A stretch of DNA of 5,872 nt, from assembly GCF_006345805.1 (NCBI RefSeq), contig NW_021829850.1, forward strand, positions 1 through 5,872. Reading direction: 5' to 3'. The notes beneath the pieces were generated by a model. It was not told where the DNA came from and did not search any database. It worked only from the letters and a program-made list of their open reading frames with translations. Every line of letters starts with the position of its first letter. The stretch's first letter is position 1. Position numbers and translations under genes: made by a program. This document shows, in pieces, positions 5,656 through 5,872 of this stretch. This DNA comes from Octopus sinensis (lineage: Eukaryota).

Positions 5656-5872
5656 ATAGGACACTAATTAGAGGCATTGGGAAAAGGCAGGTCACATTTG
5701 GAATGGCTTTGATCATAGATCCACTCATTCAAGACAGACCATGAGCTAAACAATAAAAACAGTTGTAAGGAAGTGTAGGTATATATTGTATAACCTCCTC
5801 TCGAAATGGTTTTCTGTCATAAGTGATGCAATTTATTAGTCATTTAGTTTTTGTTAGTCGTACGTAACAAAC

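Larger units (their letters stand above)
5061..5660 (-). mobile_element. 5'-truncated, internally deleted RTE-clade LINE (end of ORF2, 3' UTR, (CATA)n tail)
   Basis: The minus frame gives LKPSA*KTCVLTAFSYSSETWTTYRHHMKILERFHQKGLGRILGVIW....DKEVL, matching the RTE/BovB post-RT motif TKI.VY...VL..LLY.SETWT.Y..H...LERFHQ.CLR.IL.I.W...V.N.EVL. It is followed by C2H2 fingers, a 3' stem-loop (5097-5119) and a tetranucleotide tail. Confidence 0.85.

Overview
AT-rich, microsatellite-dense eukaryotic non-coding DNA made almost entirely of retroposon debris. The SINE sequences resemble families I recall from octopod cephalopods (Octopus); that taxonomic call is from memory, not a search. I see no intact host gene. 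Main contents: (1) a minus-strand tRNA-headed CORE-like SINE (641-1106); (2) a stack of insertions in (TAA)n arrays at 1738-3330, made of two head-to-tail 3' pieces of a Dong/R4-clade non-LTR retrotransposon (one keeps the restriction-like endonuclease ORF end), an unclassified 546-bp element bounded by TAA on both sides, and a minus-strand SINE whose tail supplies the TAA; (3) a dimeric tRNA-derived SINE (4192-4564); (4) a 5'-truncated, apparently internally deleted RTE-clade LINE on the minus strand (5061-5660) whose C-terminus carries three C2H2 zinc-finger units at an exact 40-aa period. Most ORFs in the supplied track are microsatellite or repeat artefacts.
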